From contig CBDDPY010000002.1 of assembly GCA_965232515.1 (NCBI GenBank), positions 448,001 to 512,000 of the forward strand: 64,000 nucleotides of DNA, in the 5' to 3' direction. The notes below the pieces were generated by a model. It had not been told where the DNA came from and did no database searches. It worked only from the letters and a program-made list of their open reading frames with translations. Each line of letters begins with the position of its first letter. Position 1 is the first letter of the stretch. The position numbers and the translations under genes were made by a program. Of this stretch, positions 51,981-62,000 are shown piece after piece. This stretch comes from Alphaproteobacteria bacterium (GTDB lineage Bacteria > Pseudomonadota > Alphaproteobacteria > GCA-2731375).

Positions 51981-54077
51981 TCAGTCCTTGCCGAGGATCC
52001 CTTTCAGGCCCTTGGTGATGCCGTCGACGGCCTTCTCGGCATCCTTTTTCAGGTTCTCCGCCGCGCCGCCGATGTTGGAGGAATCGACCGGCGACTTCAG
52101 CGCGTCGGTGGGCGACGGGGCCGGCGCCTGCGCGCCGCCGCCTTCGCCCTTCGCCAGCTTCAGGCAGGGATTGTCGGAATTGCCCATTTCCGCCAGCCCG
52201 ACGACGGCCGCCGGCGGGAACAGGGTGGCACCCAGCAGTCCGCCGAGCTTGCGGGCCGCGGCCACCTCGTCCGGCGTAAAGCTGGGCTCGACGAACGTGC
52301 CGCCGATCTTGACCGGCACGGACACGTTCAGCGTGGCGCTCTTCGGCTGCGGCGAAACGACCAGGTTCAAGGCTTCCTCGCCCAGGTTCACGTCGCCTTC
52401 GCCGCTGACGATGGTGTACTCGGTGTTGATCAGCATGACCTGCGACTTGGCGACGCCGTTCTCGATCTTGAAGTCGCTCGCCATGCACTCGACCACGGTC
52501 CATTCGGACTTGCTGCCGAACACCGATCCCATCACCGAGCTCAGGCCGCCGACCAGCAGGTCGAAGGCCTCGGTCCGGGCCCGGCCCTCGTTCATCAGCA
52601 CGCGGCTGTGGCCGTTCAGGCTGCCCATGATCGCCGCCACCGAGTTGCCGCTGCCCTGAAGGTCGACGTCCAGGCTGGCGCTGCCTTCCAACAGGTCGGT
52701 GACGCCGGCCTCGGTGATCAGCTTGCCGAGATCGAGCGACTCCGACTTCAGCCTCACGTCCAAGGCCGCGGCGTCGGCCTGCCGCGCCAGCGAGACCATG
52801 CCGTCGATCTTGCTGTCGGCGACCGTCGCGGTCAGCGGCTCGACCTGCAATCGGCCGTCCTTCAGCGCCACCTTCACCACCGTGTCGCGCACGGTCAGCG
52901 TCGGCGTCACCAGTTCGGCGATCGTCACGTCGATGTCGGCGTCGGCGGCCGACAGGCCGTCCAGCGGCAGCGGATCGGACGGGAACACCTTGCCGGTAAC
53001 CGCGGTGCCGCCGCCGCTGTCGGCCCCGGTGCCGCCGCCGCCCGCGGCCTCGGCGCCGCCGGCCGGCTGCAGCTCGACCAGGTCGACCTTGTTCGAGGCC
53101 AGCTTGGCCGTAACGCTCGGCCGCTCGCCCGCCATGCGCAGGGCCACGTTGCCGGCAAGATCGGTGTTGCCGAAGTTGAACTGGATGTCATTGACATCGA
53201 GCGCGTCGGGCGCGCCGACGATCTTCGCCGTCAGTTCCAGCGGCCCCGCCGTCGGCAGGCCGTCGCCGGCGAAGGCCTTCAGGCCGGACAAATTGCGCGC
53301 GTTCACCGACAAGGCCAGATCCAGGCCGCTCGGCGCCTGCGGATCGGCGATCCCGCCATTCAGCGCCACTTGAATGCCGAACGCGTCGGCCTTGATGTCG
53401 ACGGGGAAGGGGCCGCCGCCCGTTGCCGCGGCGATCGAGCCGACCTGGCCCTCGACGATCAGCGGATCATCGCCCCAATTGCCCTCGACCTCGATGACCA
53501 TGGGGTCGTCGGCGCTTTCCGAGGCGACGCGGGCGCGCACCAGCGCAGCGTCGATGCGCTCGCCGCTACGCGCGTCGGTCATGCTCAGCGTCACGTTGTC
53601 GATCGACAGATCGCCGAGATGCGCGGCGATGCCGCCGCCGCCGCCAGTGTCGCCGCTGTCACTTTCGCTTGGCGCGGTGCTGTCGGCGGCGCCGGCGAAG
53701 TCCCAGTTGTTGCGGCCTTCGGCATCGGTCTCCAGCGCGATGGTGGCGTCGGCAAGTTCCAGCCTCGGCACCGAGACCTCGCCGCCCAGCAGCGGCAGCA
53801 GCTCGACGTCGACCGCGAACTTTCCGATTTGCGCCAATGCCGGGGCCTCGCCCCATTCGGCGTTGGCGAAACGGATGCCCTCCGCGCTCACCGACGTCGT
53901 CAGGCCGAACCGCAGATCGAAATTACCGTCAATGGTCAGATCTCGGCCGGTCGCGTCTTTGACGGCCTGGGTGATCTGCTGCTTGTAGGTGTCGGCGGGG
54001 ATCAGGAACGGTACGGCGACGACAACAACGATCAAAACGAGCACGAGAACGGCGAAGCCGATCAGGATGCGTTTCAT
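51981..54077 (-). CDS. AsmA family protein
   Basis: N-terminal TM, TGRDLTIDG, GRNNW, C...DFKIENGVA, GEGDVNL.EE.L, PVKIGGTF.EP. Confidence 0.88.
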   Translation of the reverse strand: MKRILIGFAVLVLVLIVVVVAVPFLIPADTYKQQITQAVKDATGRDLTIDGNFDLRFGLTTSVSAEGIRFANAEWGEAPALAQIGKFAVDVELLPLLGGEVSVPRLELADATIALETDAEGRNNWDFAGAADSTAPSESDSGDTGGGGGIAAHLGDLSIDNVTLSMTDARSGERIDAALVRARVASESADDPMVIEVEGNWGDDPLIVEGQVGSIAAATGGGPFPVDIKADAFGIQVALNGGIADPQAPSGLDLALSVNARNLSGLKAFAGDGLPTAGPLELTAKIVGAPDALDVNDIQFNFGNTDLAGNVALRMAGERPSVTAKLASNKVDLVELQPAGGAEAAGGGGTGADSGGGTAVTGKVFPSDPLPLDGLSAADADIDVTIAELVTPTLTVRDTVVKVALKDGRLQVEPLTATVADSKIDGMVSLARQADAAALDVRLKSESLDLGKLITEAGVTDLLEGSASLDVDLQGSGNSVAAIMGSLNGHSRVLMNEGRARTEAFDLLVGGLSSVMGSVFGSKSEWTVVECMASDFKIENGVAKSQVMLINTEYTIVSGEGDVNLGEEALNLVVSPQPKSATLNVSVPVKIGGTFVEPSFTPDEVAAARKLGGLLGATLFPPAAVVGLAEMGNSDNPCLKLAKGEGGGAQAPAPSPTDALKSPVDSSNIGGAAENLKKDAEKAVDGITKGLKGILGKD

Positions 54078-54263
54078 GTCACTCTCCAACGCAGGCGGCG
54101 CCGCCCCCCGTTGCCCGGTTCGCCGCGGTGTCTTTCCCTCTATATGCAACTTAGTCCAGCCAGGGCTTCGGGCCTAGTGCCGTTTCCCCAATCGGTCGCT
54201 AGGCCATTTTCTGCTAAACTCACCCGGATTGGCCGAGCGCCGCCCCGGAAGAGGTGTCAAAGC

Positions 54264-55229
54264 ATGAGCCGTGGTCAGAAATTCGCAGCAGCCGGCGTCA
54301 TTCCGGCAACCCTGTTGGCGTTCGACGACGACTTCGGCATCGACGAGGCATCGAGCCGCCGGCACCTGCGCGATACCGCCGAGGTCGCTGGAATCGGCGC
54401 GATCACCGTCAACGGCCACGCATCAGAGGTGCATGCCTGCAGCTTCGACGAGCAGCGGCGCATTCTCGACTTCTCGCTCGACGAGGTCGGCGATCGCCTG
54501 CCGCTGGTGAACGGCGTCTATGCCGACGGCAGTCTGCATGCGGCCGAGATCGCCCGCATGTCGGAGGCCGCCGGCGCTTCGGCCCTGCTGGTGTTCCCGC
54601 CCAACAGCATGTCGATGGGCGGCCAGCTCCGACCCGAGATGGCAATGGCGCATTTCAAGACCATCGCGGACGCGACCGATCTGCCGATCATCCTGTTCCA
54701 GTACCCGATGGCGACCAATCTCGGCTATCCGTTCGAGACGCTGCTGCGCCTCGTCGACGAGGTGCCGTCGATCGTCGCCATCAAGGACTGGTGCAACGAC
54801 GCCATGCTGCACGAGCGTCACATCCGCACGTTGCAGGCTCTGCCGCGCCCGGTCTCGGTGCTGACCACGCACAGCGCCTGGCTGATGGCCTCGCTCAGCA
54901 TGGGCGCGGCCGGGCTCCTCTCCGGCGCCGGCAGCGTCATCGCCGATCTGCAAGTCGCCCTGTTCCAGGCCATTCAGCGGTCCGATCTGGCGGCGGCCCG
55001 GGCGGTCAACGACCGGATCTATCCGCTGTCCCAGGCCTTCTATTCGCCGCCGTTCCTCGACATGCATAACCGCATGAAGGAATGCCTCGTGCTGCTGGGC
55101 CGGCTGCCCAAGGCCGTGGTTCGTCCGCCGTTGATGAAGCTGTCCGCGGCCGAGATTGACCGGCTGAGGGCGGCACTGGCCGCCGCGGGCGTCGAACCGG
55201 CCGGCGCCGCGCGCCATGCGGCCGAGTAG
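54264..55229 (+). CDS. Dihydrodipicolinate synthase (DapA)-family lyase
   Basis: GVIPATLLAF, VNGHASE, LLVFPP, PIILFQY, Schiff-base IVAIKD. The real start is ATG 54264, within the long ORF 51975-55229. Confidence 0.85.
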   Translation: MSRGQKFAAAGVIPATLLAFDDDFGIDEASSRRHLRDTAEVAGIGAITVNGHASEVHACSFDEQRRILDFSLDEVGDRLPLVNGVYADGSLHAAEIARMSEAAGASALLVFPPNSMSMGGQLRPEMAMAHFKTIADATDLPIILFQYPMATNLGYPFETLLRLVDEVPSIVAIKDWCNDAMLHERHIRTLQALPRPVSVLTTHSAWLMASLSMGAAGLLSGAGSVIADLQVALFQAIQRSDLAAARAVNDRIYPLSQAFYSPPFLDMHNRMKECLVLLGRLPKAVVRPPLMKLSAAEIDRLRAALAAAGVEPAGAARHAAE

Positions 55230-55398
55230 CTTGCCCGACTAATCCCAAGCTGGTACAAATGGTTAGCGCCGTTCGCTGAATATTAACCTTAACAAGCGTC
55301 GGTGGGTCTGAAGTGCGTCGATCTGGGACAGATACGGTTGGCATGCCGCTTGCTCCTATCGGTTCGACGGCTCGAGGAGCAGGGATTAGGCCTTTGTT

Positions 55399-55743
55399 AT
55401 GAAACAGAATTCGACCGAATCCACCGTGTTTTCGTGGGTCTTGCGGCTGGGCCTGCCGATGGTGTTGCTGTTGGGCGGCATCATGCTGGCCAGCGGCCTG
55501 GCGTTGGCCGACAGCCGCACGACGATGGCTGGATTTGCCACCTGTCCGGTTGCCGACGGCGCGGCCGATCGCTGCCGCGCCAACGACGGCGATGGCGTGA
55601 TGCTGCGGCGGCAGTCGGGACAGCTTTGGATCGGCCCTTACCAGATCGCGCCGGTGCGTTCCGCCGACGGCTTCTTTTTCCCTTATCTGCGAGACGCCGT
55701 TCTTGACGAAGCCTCGACGACGACACGCACGCGATCGATCTGA
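55399..55743 (+). CDS. Hypothetical exported/membrane-anchored protein
   Basis: Hydrophobic N-terminus, two Cys, followed by a terminator-like hairpin. Confidence 0.5.
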   Translation: MKQNSTESTVFSWVLRLGLPMVLLLGGIMLASGLALADSRTTMAGFATCPVADGAADRCRANDGDGVMLRRQSGQLWIGPYQIAPVRSADGFFFPYLRDAVLDEASTTTRTRSI

Positions 55744-55771
55744 CCGGTTTTAGCAGCACCTATCCAAGCTC

Positions 55772-55800
55772 GAGCCGGCGGCGACGCCGGCTTTTCTTTT
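55772..55800 (+). terminator. Probable intrinsic terminator
   Basis: agccggcg-gcga-cgccggct followed by tttctttt. Confidence 0.7.
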
Positions 55801-55887
55801 GGCCGTCCGACGCAATATGCCGGTCCCCGATCATGCTCTAATATCTCGGCAGCGGGTTGTCGGATCCGCATAACAGGGGAGGGTGGC

Positions 55888-56922
55888 ATGACGACATTTC
55901 GCGTCGGCATCAGCGCCGATTTCGAGAGCGACGGCGTCGCGACGTTTCCGAGCTACGATATTTCCGCGCTGCGGAATGCTGCCGGTGTGGACGTTTCGGT
56001 GCTGCCGGCGGAATCGCCGCTGCGGCCCGAGACCATTGCCGATCTCGACGCGGTGATCCTGCTCGGCGAACAGCTCCGGACATCGAGCCTCACGTCCGGC
56101 TGCCGCCTGGCGCATGTCGCCCGCGTTGGTGTTGGCTACGACACGGTCGACGTGCCGGCCTGCACCGACCATGACGTCGTCCTGACGATCTGCCCCGACG
56201 GCGTGCGCCGGCCCATGGCCATCGCCATCGTCACGCTGTTGCTGGCCTTGAGCGGCAACCTGCTGGCCAAGGACCGGGTTGCGCGCAAGGGCGCGCCCGG
56301 TTGGGACGAGCGCATGGGCTATCACGGCACCGGGCTGATCGGCCGCACGCTCGGTTCCGTCGGCATCGGCAATATCGGCGCCGAGATGTTCCGCATGGCC
56401 CGGCCGTTCGAGATGCGCTACATCGCGCACGATCCTTACGCCGATGCCGCCGTCGCGGCCGAACTCGGCGTCGAGCTGGTCGGGCTCGATGACGTCTTCG
56501 CGCAGTCCGATTTCCTTGCCTTCAACTGCCCGCTGACCGACGAGACCCGCGGCATCGGTTCCGCCGCCGGCATCGCCCGAATGAAGCCGACGGCCTACCT
56601 GATCAATACCAGCCGCGGGCCGGTGGTCGACCGCGACGCGCTCTACGAAGCGCTCGCCAGCGGGCGCATCGCCGGCGCCGGCCTCGATGTCTTCGATCCC
56701 GAGCCGCCCATGGCCGACGATCCGTTGCTGACCCTCGACAACGTCGTTTTGGCGCCGCATTCGCTCGGCTGGACCGATCAGATGTTCACCGAGTTCGGCC
56801 GTCTCAACGCCGAGGCCGTGCTCGACGTCGCAAGCGGCCGTGCGCCCAGGAACGTCGTCAACAAAGATGTGCTCGACCGTCCCGGTTTTCAGGCCAAGCT
56901 CGCGGCCTTCTCGGGCCGCTAG
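55888..56922 (+). CDS. D-isomer-specific 2-hydroxyacid dehydrogenase
   Basis: RVGVGYDTVD, GIGNIG, CPLTDET, INTSRGPVVD, GLDVFDPEP, LAPH. Confidence 0.9.
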   Translation: MTTFRVGISADFESDGVATFPSYDISALRNAAGVDVSVLPAESPLRPETIADLDAVILLGEQLRTSSLTSGCRLAHVARVGVGYDTVDVPACTDHDVVLTICPDGVRRPMAIAIVTLLLALSGNLLAKDRVARKGAPGWDERMGYHGTGLIGRTLGSVGIGNIGAEMFRMARPFEMRYIAHDPYADAAVAAELGVELVGLDDVFAQSDFLAFNCPLTDETRGIGSAAGIARMKPTAYLINTSRGPVVDRDALYEALASGRIAGAGLDVFDPEPPMADDPLLTLDNVVLAPHSLGWTDQMFTEFGRLNAEAVLDVASGRAPRNVVNKDVLDRPGFQAKLAAFSGR

Positions 56923-57812
56923 TCCTCGCGCGGGTCAATAACCCTCGCGAGCGCCGGGAAGTAGCGGTCGCCGTCTCCGTTGGCGATGGTCTCCTCCAGC
57001 AGCTTACGGGCGACATCGGCGCCGCGCAGCGCCAGGCCGATATCGTCGGCGAGGCCGAGCGCGTAGCTCAGGTCCTTCAGCGCGTAGCGGGCCGGGAAGG
57101 CGCGTTCCGGGAATTCGCCCGGCAGCATCGCCTTCATGCCGTGGTTGCGCAGCGCGAAGCTGTCGGCCGAGCCCTTCGACAGCGTGTCGAACAGCACCTT
57201 GCCGTCGACGCCGGCCCGGCGGCCGACGGCCAGCGCTTCCGCTAGCGCGACGACGGTCTGGAACAGCACCATGTTGTTCATCTGCTTGACCACCTGGCCG
57301 GCGCCGGTCTCGCCGCAGAGCGTGATCTCGCTGGCGAAGCAAGCGAGATAAGGTTCCAGGCGGGCGAACAGCCCGGCATCGGCGCCCACCATCACGCTCA
57401 AGGTGCCGGCTTCGGCGGCGGCGCGCGTACGCGCCACCGGCGCATCGGCAAAGGCGACACTGATCTTGGCATAGCGCAGCGCCACCTCGCGGCTCAGTTC
57501 GACCGGCGTCGTGCCGGTGTCGACCACGATCTGCCCGGGCTCCAGCGCCTCCATCAGGCCGTCCTCGTCGTCCAGGCAGACGCAACGCACGGCGTCGCCG
57601 TCCGGCAGCGACAGGAAGATCAGATCGGCGGCCTGCGCGACCTCGGCCGGACAGTCCTTCTGTTTGACGCCGGCCGCGGCCAGCCGTTCCAGCGGCGCCG
57701 GGTCCGGGTCGAAGGCCACCATCGGCAGCCCGCTCTTGGTGGCCAGGTTGCGGCAGATCGGCTCGCCCATGACGCCGAGGCCGATAAAGCCGAGGCTACT
57801 GACGTCGCGCAT
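56919..57812 (-). CDS. 3-hydroxyisobutyrate/tartronate-semialdehyde reductase family NAD(P) oxidoreductase
   Basis: GFIGLGVMG, DAPV, GTLSVMVG, GAGQVVKQMNN, ALKDL. Start at ATG 57812. Confidence 0.88.
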   Translation of the reverse strand: MRDVSSLGFIGLGVMGEPICRNLATKSGLPMVAFDPDPAPLERLAAAGVKQKDCPAEVAQAADLIFLSLPDGDAVRCVCLDDEDGLMEALEPGQIVVDTGTTPVELSREVALRYAKISVAFADAPVARTRAAAEAGTLSVMVGADAGLFARLEPYLACFASEITLCGETGAGQVVKQMNNMVLFQTVVALAEALAVGRRAGVDGKVLFDTLSKGSADSFALRNHGMKAMLPGEFPERAFPARYALKDLSYALGLADDIGLALRGADVARKLLEETIANGDGDRYFPALARVIDPRED

Positions 57813-58650
57813 GTATCTTCTCCAGCACAGGCAGGATGTGGTTGCGGAACCGCGCCGGGTTCTCCGACATCGGGAAATGGCCAAGCGCCGGCATGATCTC
57901 GGCCTCGGCGCCGGCGATCTTGCCGGCCGTCCGAACCGTGTCTTCCGGCGTGCATGAGAAATCGTATTCGCCGGTCAGCAGGTAGACCGGGCATTTGCCG
58001 GCATCGATATCGGCGACCCGGTCGCGGAAATCGGAATCGGCGCGATAGAAATGGAGATCGCCCTTGAACACCCCCGGACCGCTCTGCATGTAGGCCCACA
58101 GCGTTTCCCAACGGAACTCGTCCGGGCTTTGCGGCGCGACAAGGCCGGAGATCAGCGCCGCGCAGACCTCGCCGCCATGCACGTCGGGCCGGTGCAGCCA
58201 GGTCGTGTCGTACCAGGGCTGCTGGTGATCCGAGCCTTCGAGGCCGATCACCGCGCCCAGTTCGTCGGCGAACGCGCCCGCCAGATGCAGCACGATCCGC
58301 CCGCCCATGGAGCAGCCCATGACGACGGGTTGCGCCAAATCCAGGGCCCGGCAGAACGCCATCACCGTTTCGGCATAAAGGTCGGTCGTCAGGGCATATT
58401 CCTCATCCTGCCAGCCCGGCGGCGGGGCCGATTTGCCGTGCCAGGGCAGGTCGAAGGCGATCACCCGAAACCGCTCGGTCACGACTTCGTCCAGCATCAG
58501 GTGCCGGAATTGCTGGCCATGCGCGCCGGCGGTGTGCAGGCAGACCAGCGGCATGCCGTCACCCGCTTCCTCGAAATAGATCCGGTTCGGACGGCCGGCG
58601 ATCTTCAGCGTCAGATATCGCCCGACGATGGGCTCCAGCTCGGCCGGCAT
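57796..58650 (-). CDS. Alpha/beta hydrolase
   Basis: CLHTAG, FDLPWHGKS, GCSMGG, GEYD, LGHFPMSENP. Start at ATG 58650. Confidence 0.88.
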   Translation of the reverse strand: MPAELEPIVGRYLTLKIAGRPNRIYFEEAGDGMPLVCLHTAGAHGQQFRHLMLDEVVTERFRVIAFDLPWHGKSAPPPGWQDEEYALTTDLYAETVMAFCRALDLAQPVVMGCSMGGRIVLHLAGAFADELGAVIGLEGSDHQQPWYDTTWLHRPDVHGGEVCAALISGLVAPQSPDEFRWETLWAYMQSGPGVFKGDLHFYRADSDFRDRVADIDAGKCPVYLLTGEYDFSCTPEDTVRTAGKIAGAEAEIMPALGHFPMSENPARFRNHILPVLEKIHARRQ

Positions 58651-58651
58651 G

Positions 58652-59032
58652 TCAGCCGCCGCCCGCCAGGCGGCGCGGCGCCGCCAGCACGTCCTTGACA
58701 TAGCGCAGGTTCGCCATCAGCGGCTGCAGCGATCCGTCGATACGGGCGACGCCGATCTTCGTCATGGCGAAGATGTCGTGATAGCCGGGCGCCGGCATCG
58801 GTTGCCAGAAGGACTGCCAAGCGTCTTCCGGCGCCCGCACGGCGAAGGTCCACGGCCGCATCAGCACCGGCCCGCGCGTGACCTCGTCGATGCGGCCCGC
58901 GCGGATCGCCACATGCCAGGGCTGGTCGCCGACCTCGATCAGGATGTCGTCGGAAAAGAACCGCCCCCGTCGTACCAGGGCGGCGTCGCCATTCACCAGC
59001 TCCGGCAGCCGCTCGATCAACAAACTCTCCAA
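58652..59032 (-). CDS. SCP2-like small hypothetical protein
   Basis: W..FW.P.P.PGYHDIFAM...IDG...LMANLRY; coupled to the downstream hydrolase. TTG start. Confidence 0.7.
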   Translation of the reverse strand: MESLLIERLPELVNGDAALVRRGRFFSDDILIEVGDQPWHVAIRAGRIDEVTRGPVLMRPWTFAVRAPEDAWQSFWQPMPAPGYHDIFAMTKIGVARIDGSLQPLMANLRYVKDVLAAPRRLAGGG

Positions 59033-59096
59033 CGCGATCAGGGGTGAACGTTGCGCCGAGTCTAGGGCGGCGGCGCGAAGCCTGTCAAAACGGTCG

Positions 59097-62000
59097 CTAG
59101 CCGGCGAGCTTGTTCAGCGCGGCCTCGGTGCGGGGCAGCCAATAGGTCATGCCCAGGTCTTGATACAGCGCGGCCGTGGCCCGCAGCGCCGCGACGGCTT
59201 CGTCATGGCGGCCGATCGTCGCGTAAAGCTCGCCCAACGAGAGCTGGCCGTGCGCCTGATGCGGCCGCAGGCCCTGCGACGCGGCGCCCGCGATGGCGGC
59301 CAGATAATGCTGTTCGGCCTGCTCTGGGTCGGTTTCGGCAACCAGATCGCCCTGCAGGCGAAGGGCCCAGATCTGGCCCTCGCGCTCCTCCTGCGCTTCG
59401 GCGAGTTCCAGGCCGCGCCGCGTCATCTCGGCCGCTTCGTCGCGGCGGCCGGCGATCAGCGCGGCTTCCGCGAACCAGAAATAGGGGCGGGCATAGTGCA
59501 CCGACCGCTCCCAGACCGCCGGATCGATCGACCGGTTCAACAGCGCGAAGCCCTCGTCCTGCCGGCCCTCCACCACATAGACATAGCCCAGCGCCGACAG
59601 GATCACCGGCGCCAAAGTGTAAAGCTCGTAGAGATCGCCGATCTCGGTCGCCCGTTCCAGGTGCTTCGCCGCCAGGTCAAACCGGCCCTGCCGGGCATAG
59701 GCGTGCCCCAGTCCGCGGGTCAGCACATAGAGGCTGTAATGGTCCTCCGCGTCCTCGGCTGTCGACAGACCCAGCGTTTCGTAGGTCTCGACCTCGTCGA
59801 AATTGCCGAGCTCGGCGATCGACGAGATCAGCACCGAACAGGAAAACACGAACGGCAGGCCGCCCAGCGCGAACTTGCGCTCCGATGAATTGGCCTGCAT
59901 GTCGGCGATGGCGCGCTTCAGCCAGGTCGCGGCGGCGGTGAAATCGCCCATGCCGTAATAGGTCTGACCCAGGCGATAGGCCGCGAGGTAGCCGAGTTCG
60001 GTATCGCCGACCTGCTCGGCGATATCGCGGGCCTGATGGATGACGGTTTCGGCGTCGCCATAGTCGCCCTGCCGCCAGTAGGTCGCGCCCAGATGCAACA
60101 GCGCCCAGCCGATCCGGTCGTCGTCGCCGATGCGCCGCGCCAGTTCCTCGGCCCGCCACAGATGCTCGGTCGTGGTCTCGTGGTCGCCGACCACGAACAA
60201 CGCGTTGCGCAGCTGAAATCTGAGATCGATGTCCTGCGCGATGGTTTCGTCGGTTTCCGGCAGGTGATGCAGCGCGTCGAGCGCCCGCTCGAAATCCGCC
60301 ACCGCGGCGCGCAGGGCGGCGCGGCGCAGCGCCTTGTTGCCGGAGTCGCGGCAATAGGCCACCGCCTTCGGCCAGTCCTCGGCCGTCAGCGCATGGTGCG
60401 CCAGACGCTCGACATGCTCGTCCAGACGGCCGGCATAGCGTTCCTCGATCGTGTCCACCGTGCATGTATGCAGCGACCGGCGGCGCTCGCGCAGCACGCT
60501 GGCATACGCCACCTCCTGCGTCAGCGCGTGCTTGAAGGTGTATTCCGCTTCCGGAATCAGCCGGGTTTGCTGCAGGAACTCGGCCGCCCGAAGCTGCGAC
60601 AGGGCTTCGTGCAAGGCGTCGTCGTCCAGGTTCGCCATCGGCTGTAGCAGGGCCATGGGCACGTCCTTGCCGATCACCGAGGCCACCTGCAACAGGTTCT
60701 TCGCGTCCGGCGCCAGCCGGTCGATGCGCGCCGCCAGCACCTCCTGCACGCTTGTCGGGATCTCGAACTGGTCCAGCGGCTTCGCCGGCAGGAAGGCGCC
60801 GCGCGCGCCGGTGATCACGCCGGTTTCGATCAGCGCGCGTACGGTTTCCTCGAGGAACAGCGGCGTCCCGCCCGTGCGTTCGTACAGAAGTCGCCGCGCG
60901 TGCGCCAAATCCGGACTGTCGCCCAGCAAGTGCCGCAGCAGCTCGGCCGCCGTGTCGTCTTCCAGCGGATCGGCGCGGATCAGCCGGAAATAGCTGCGGC
61001 TGGCCCAGTCATGCGCGTATTCCGGCCGGTAGGTCACCAGCAGCAGCATCGGCACGGCGGCGATGCCGTCGACCAGGGCGTCGAGGAAGCCCTGGGTCTC
61101 GCTGTCGATCCAGTGCAGATCCTCGACCACCAGGATCAGCGGCTGCTGCTGGCTCAGCCGCGCCAGCAGGGCGATCAGCGCGTCCAGCGTCCGCCGCCGG
61201 CGCTGCGGCGCGCCCAACGCCTGCCACTCGACGTCGTCCACCGGCAGGTCCAGCAGCGCGAACAACGGCGGCAGCACCGACAGCATCTCGATGCCGAGGC
61301 TCGAAACCTTGGACTGCACCTTGCGCACGATATCGGCCTGGCTGTCGCTTTCCCTCACCGCAACCCAGCTACGCAGCATGTCGCTGACCGGCAGATAGGT
61401 CGCTTCGCGGTTATGCGCCGCGCCGCCAGTCTCCAACACGGCCCAGCCCGCGTTTTCGGCCGCGCGGACGAATTCATGCGCCATCCGGGTTTTGCCCATG
61501 CCGGGCTCGCCGATCAGTGCGATCACCTCGCCCTGGCCGCGGCTCGCGCGCTCCAGCGCCCGGTTCATCTTCTCCATCTCGACCTGGCGGCCGACGAAGG
61601 GCGTCAGGCCGCGGGTGGCGCGGGCTTCCCAGCGCGAGCGCGCCGAGGTGCTGCCGCGCAGCTCGAACAGGTCGACCGGTTCGCGCACGCCGCGCAGCCG
61701 CATGGCGCCCAGCGCTTCCGCCAGGATAAAGCCCTCGGCCCGCTGCAGCGTCGCCATGGTCAACCCAATGCGGTCGGACTCCATGCTCTCCTCGACCCGG
61801 CTGGCGAGATGCACGACCGGGCCCACGGCGTCGTAGCGCGCGCCGGCGCTGCCGCCAAGCGGCCGCACGACGACCTCGCCCGAATGCAGGCCGACGCGGA
61901 TCGCCAGCTCGCCGCCCGACAACGCGTTCACCGCCTCCTGCATCGCGAGCGCCGCATAGCAGGCACGGACCGCGTGGTCCTCGTGCGCGATCGGCGCGCC

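Noticed and set aside
51975-54263. Apparent 760-aa N-terminal extension fused to the DapA-like enzyme
   Set aside because: It is the antisense frame of the AsmA gene; the real gene starts at ATG 54264.
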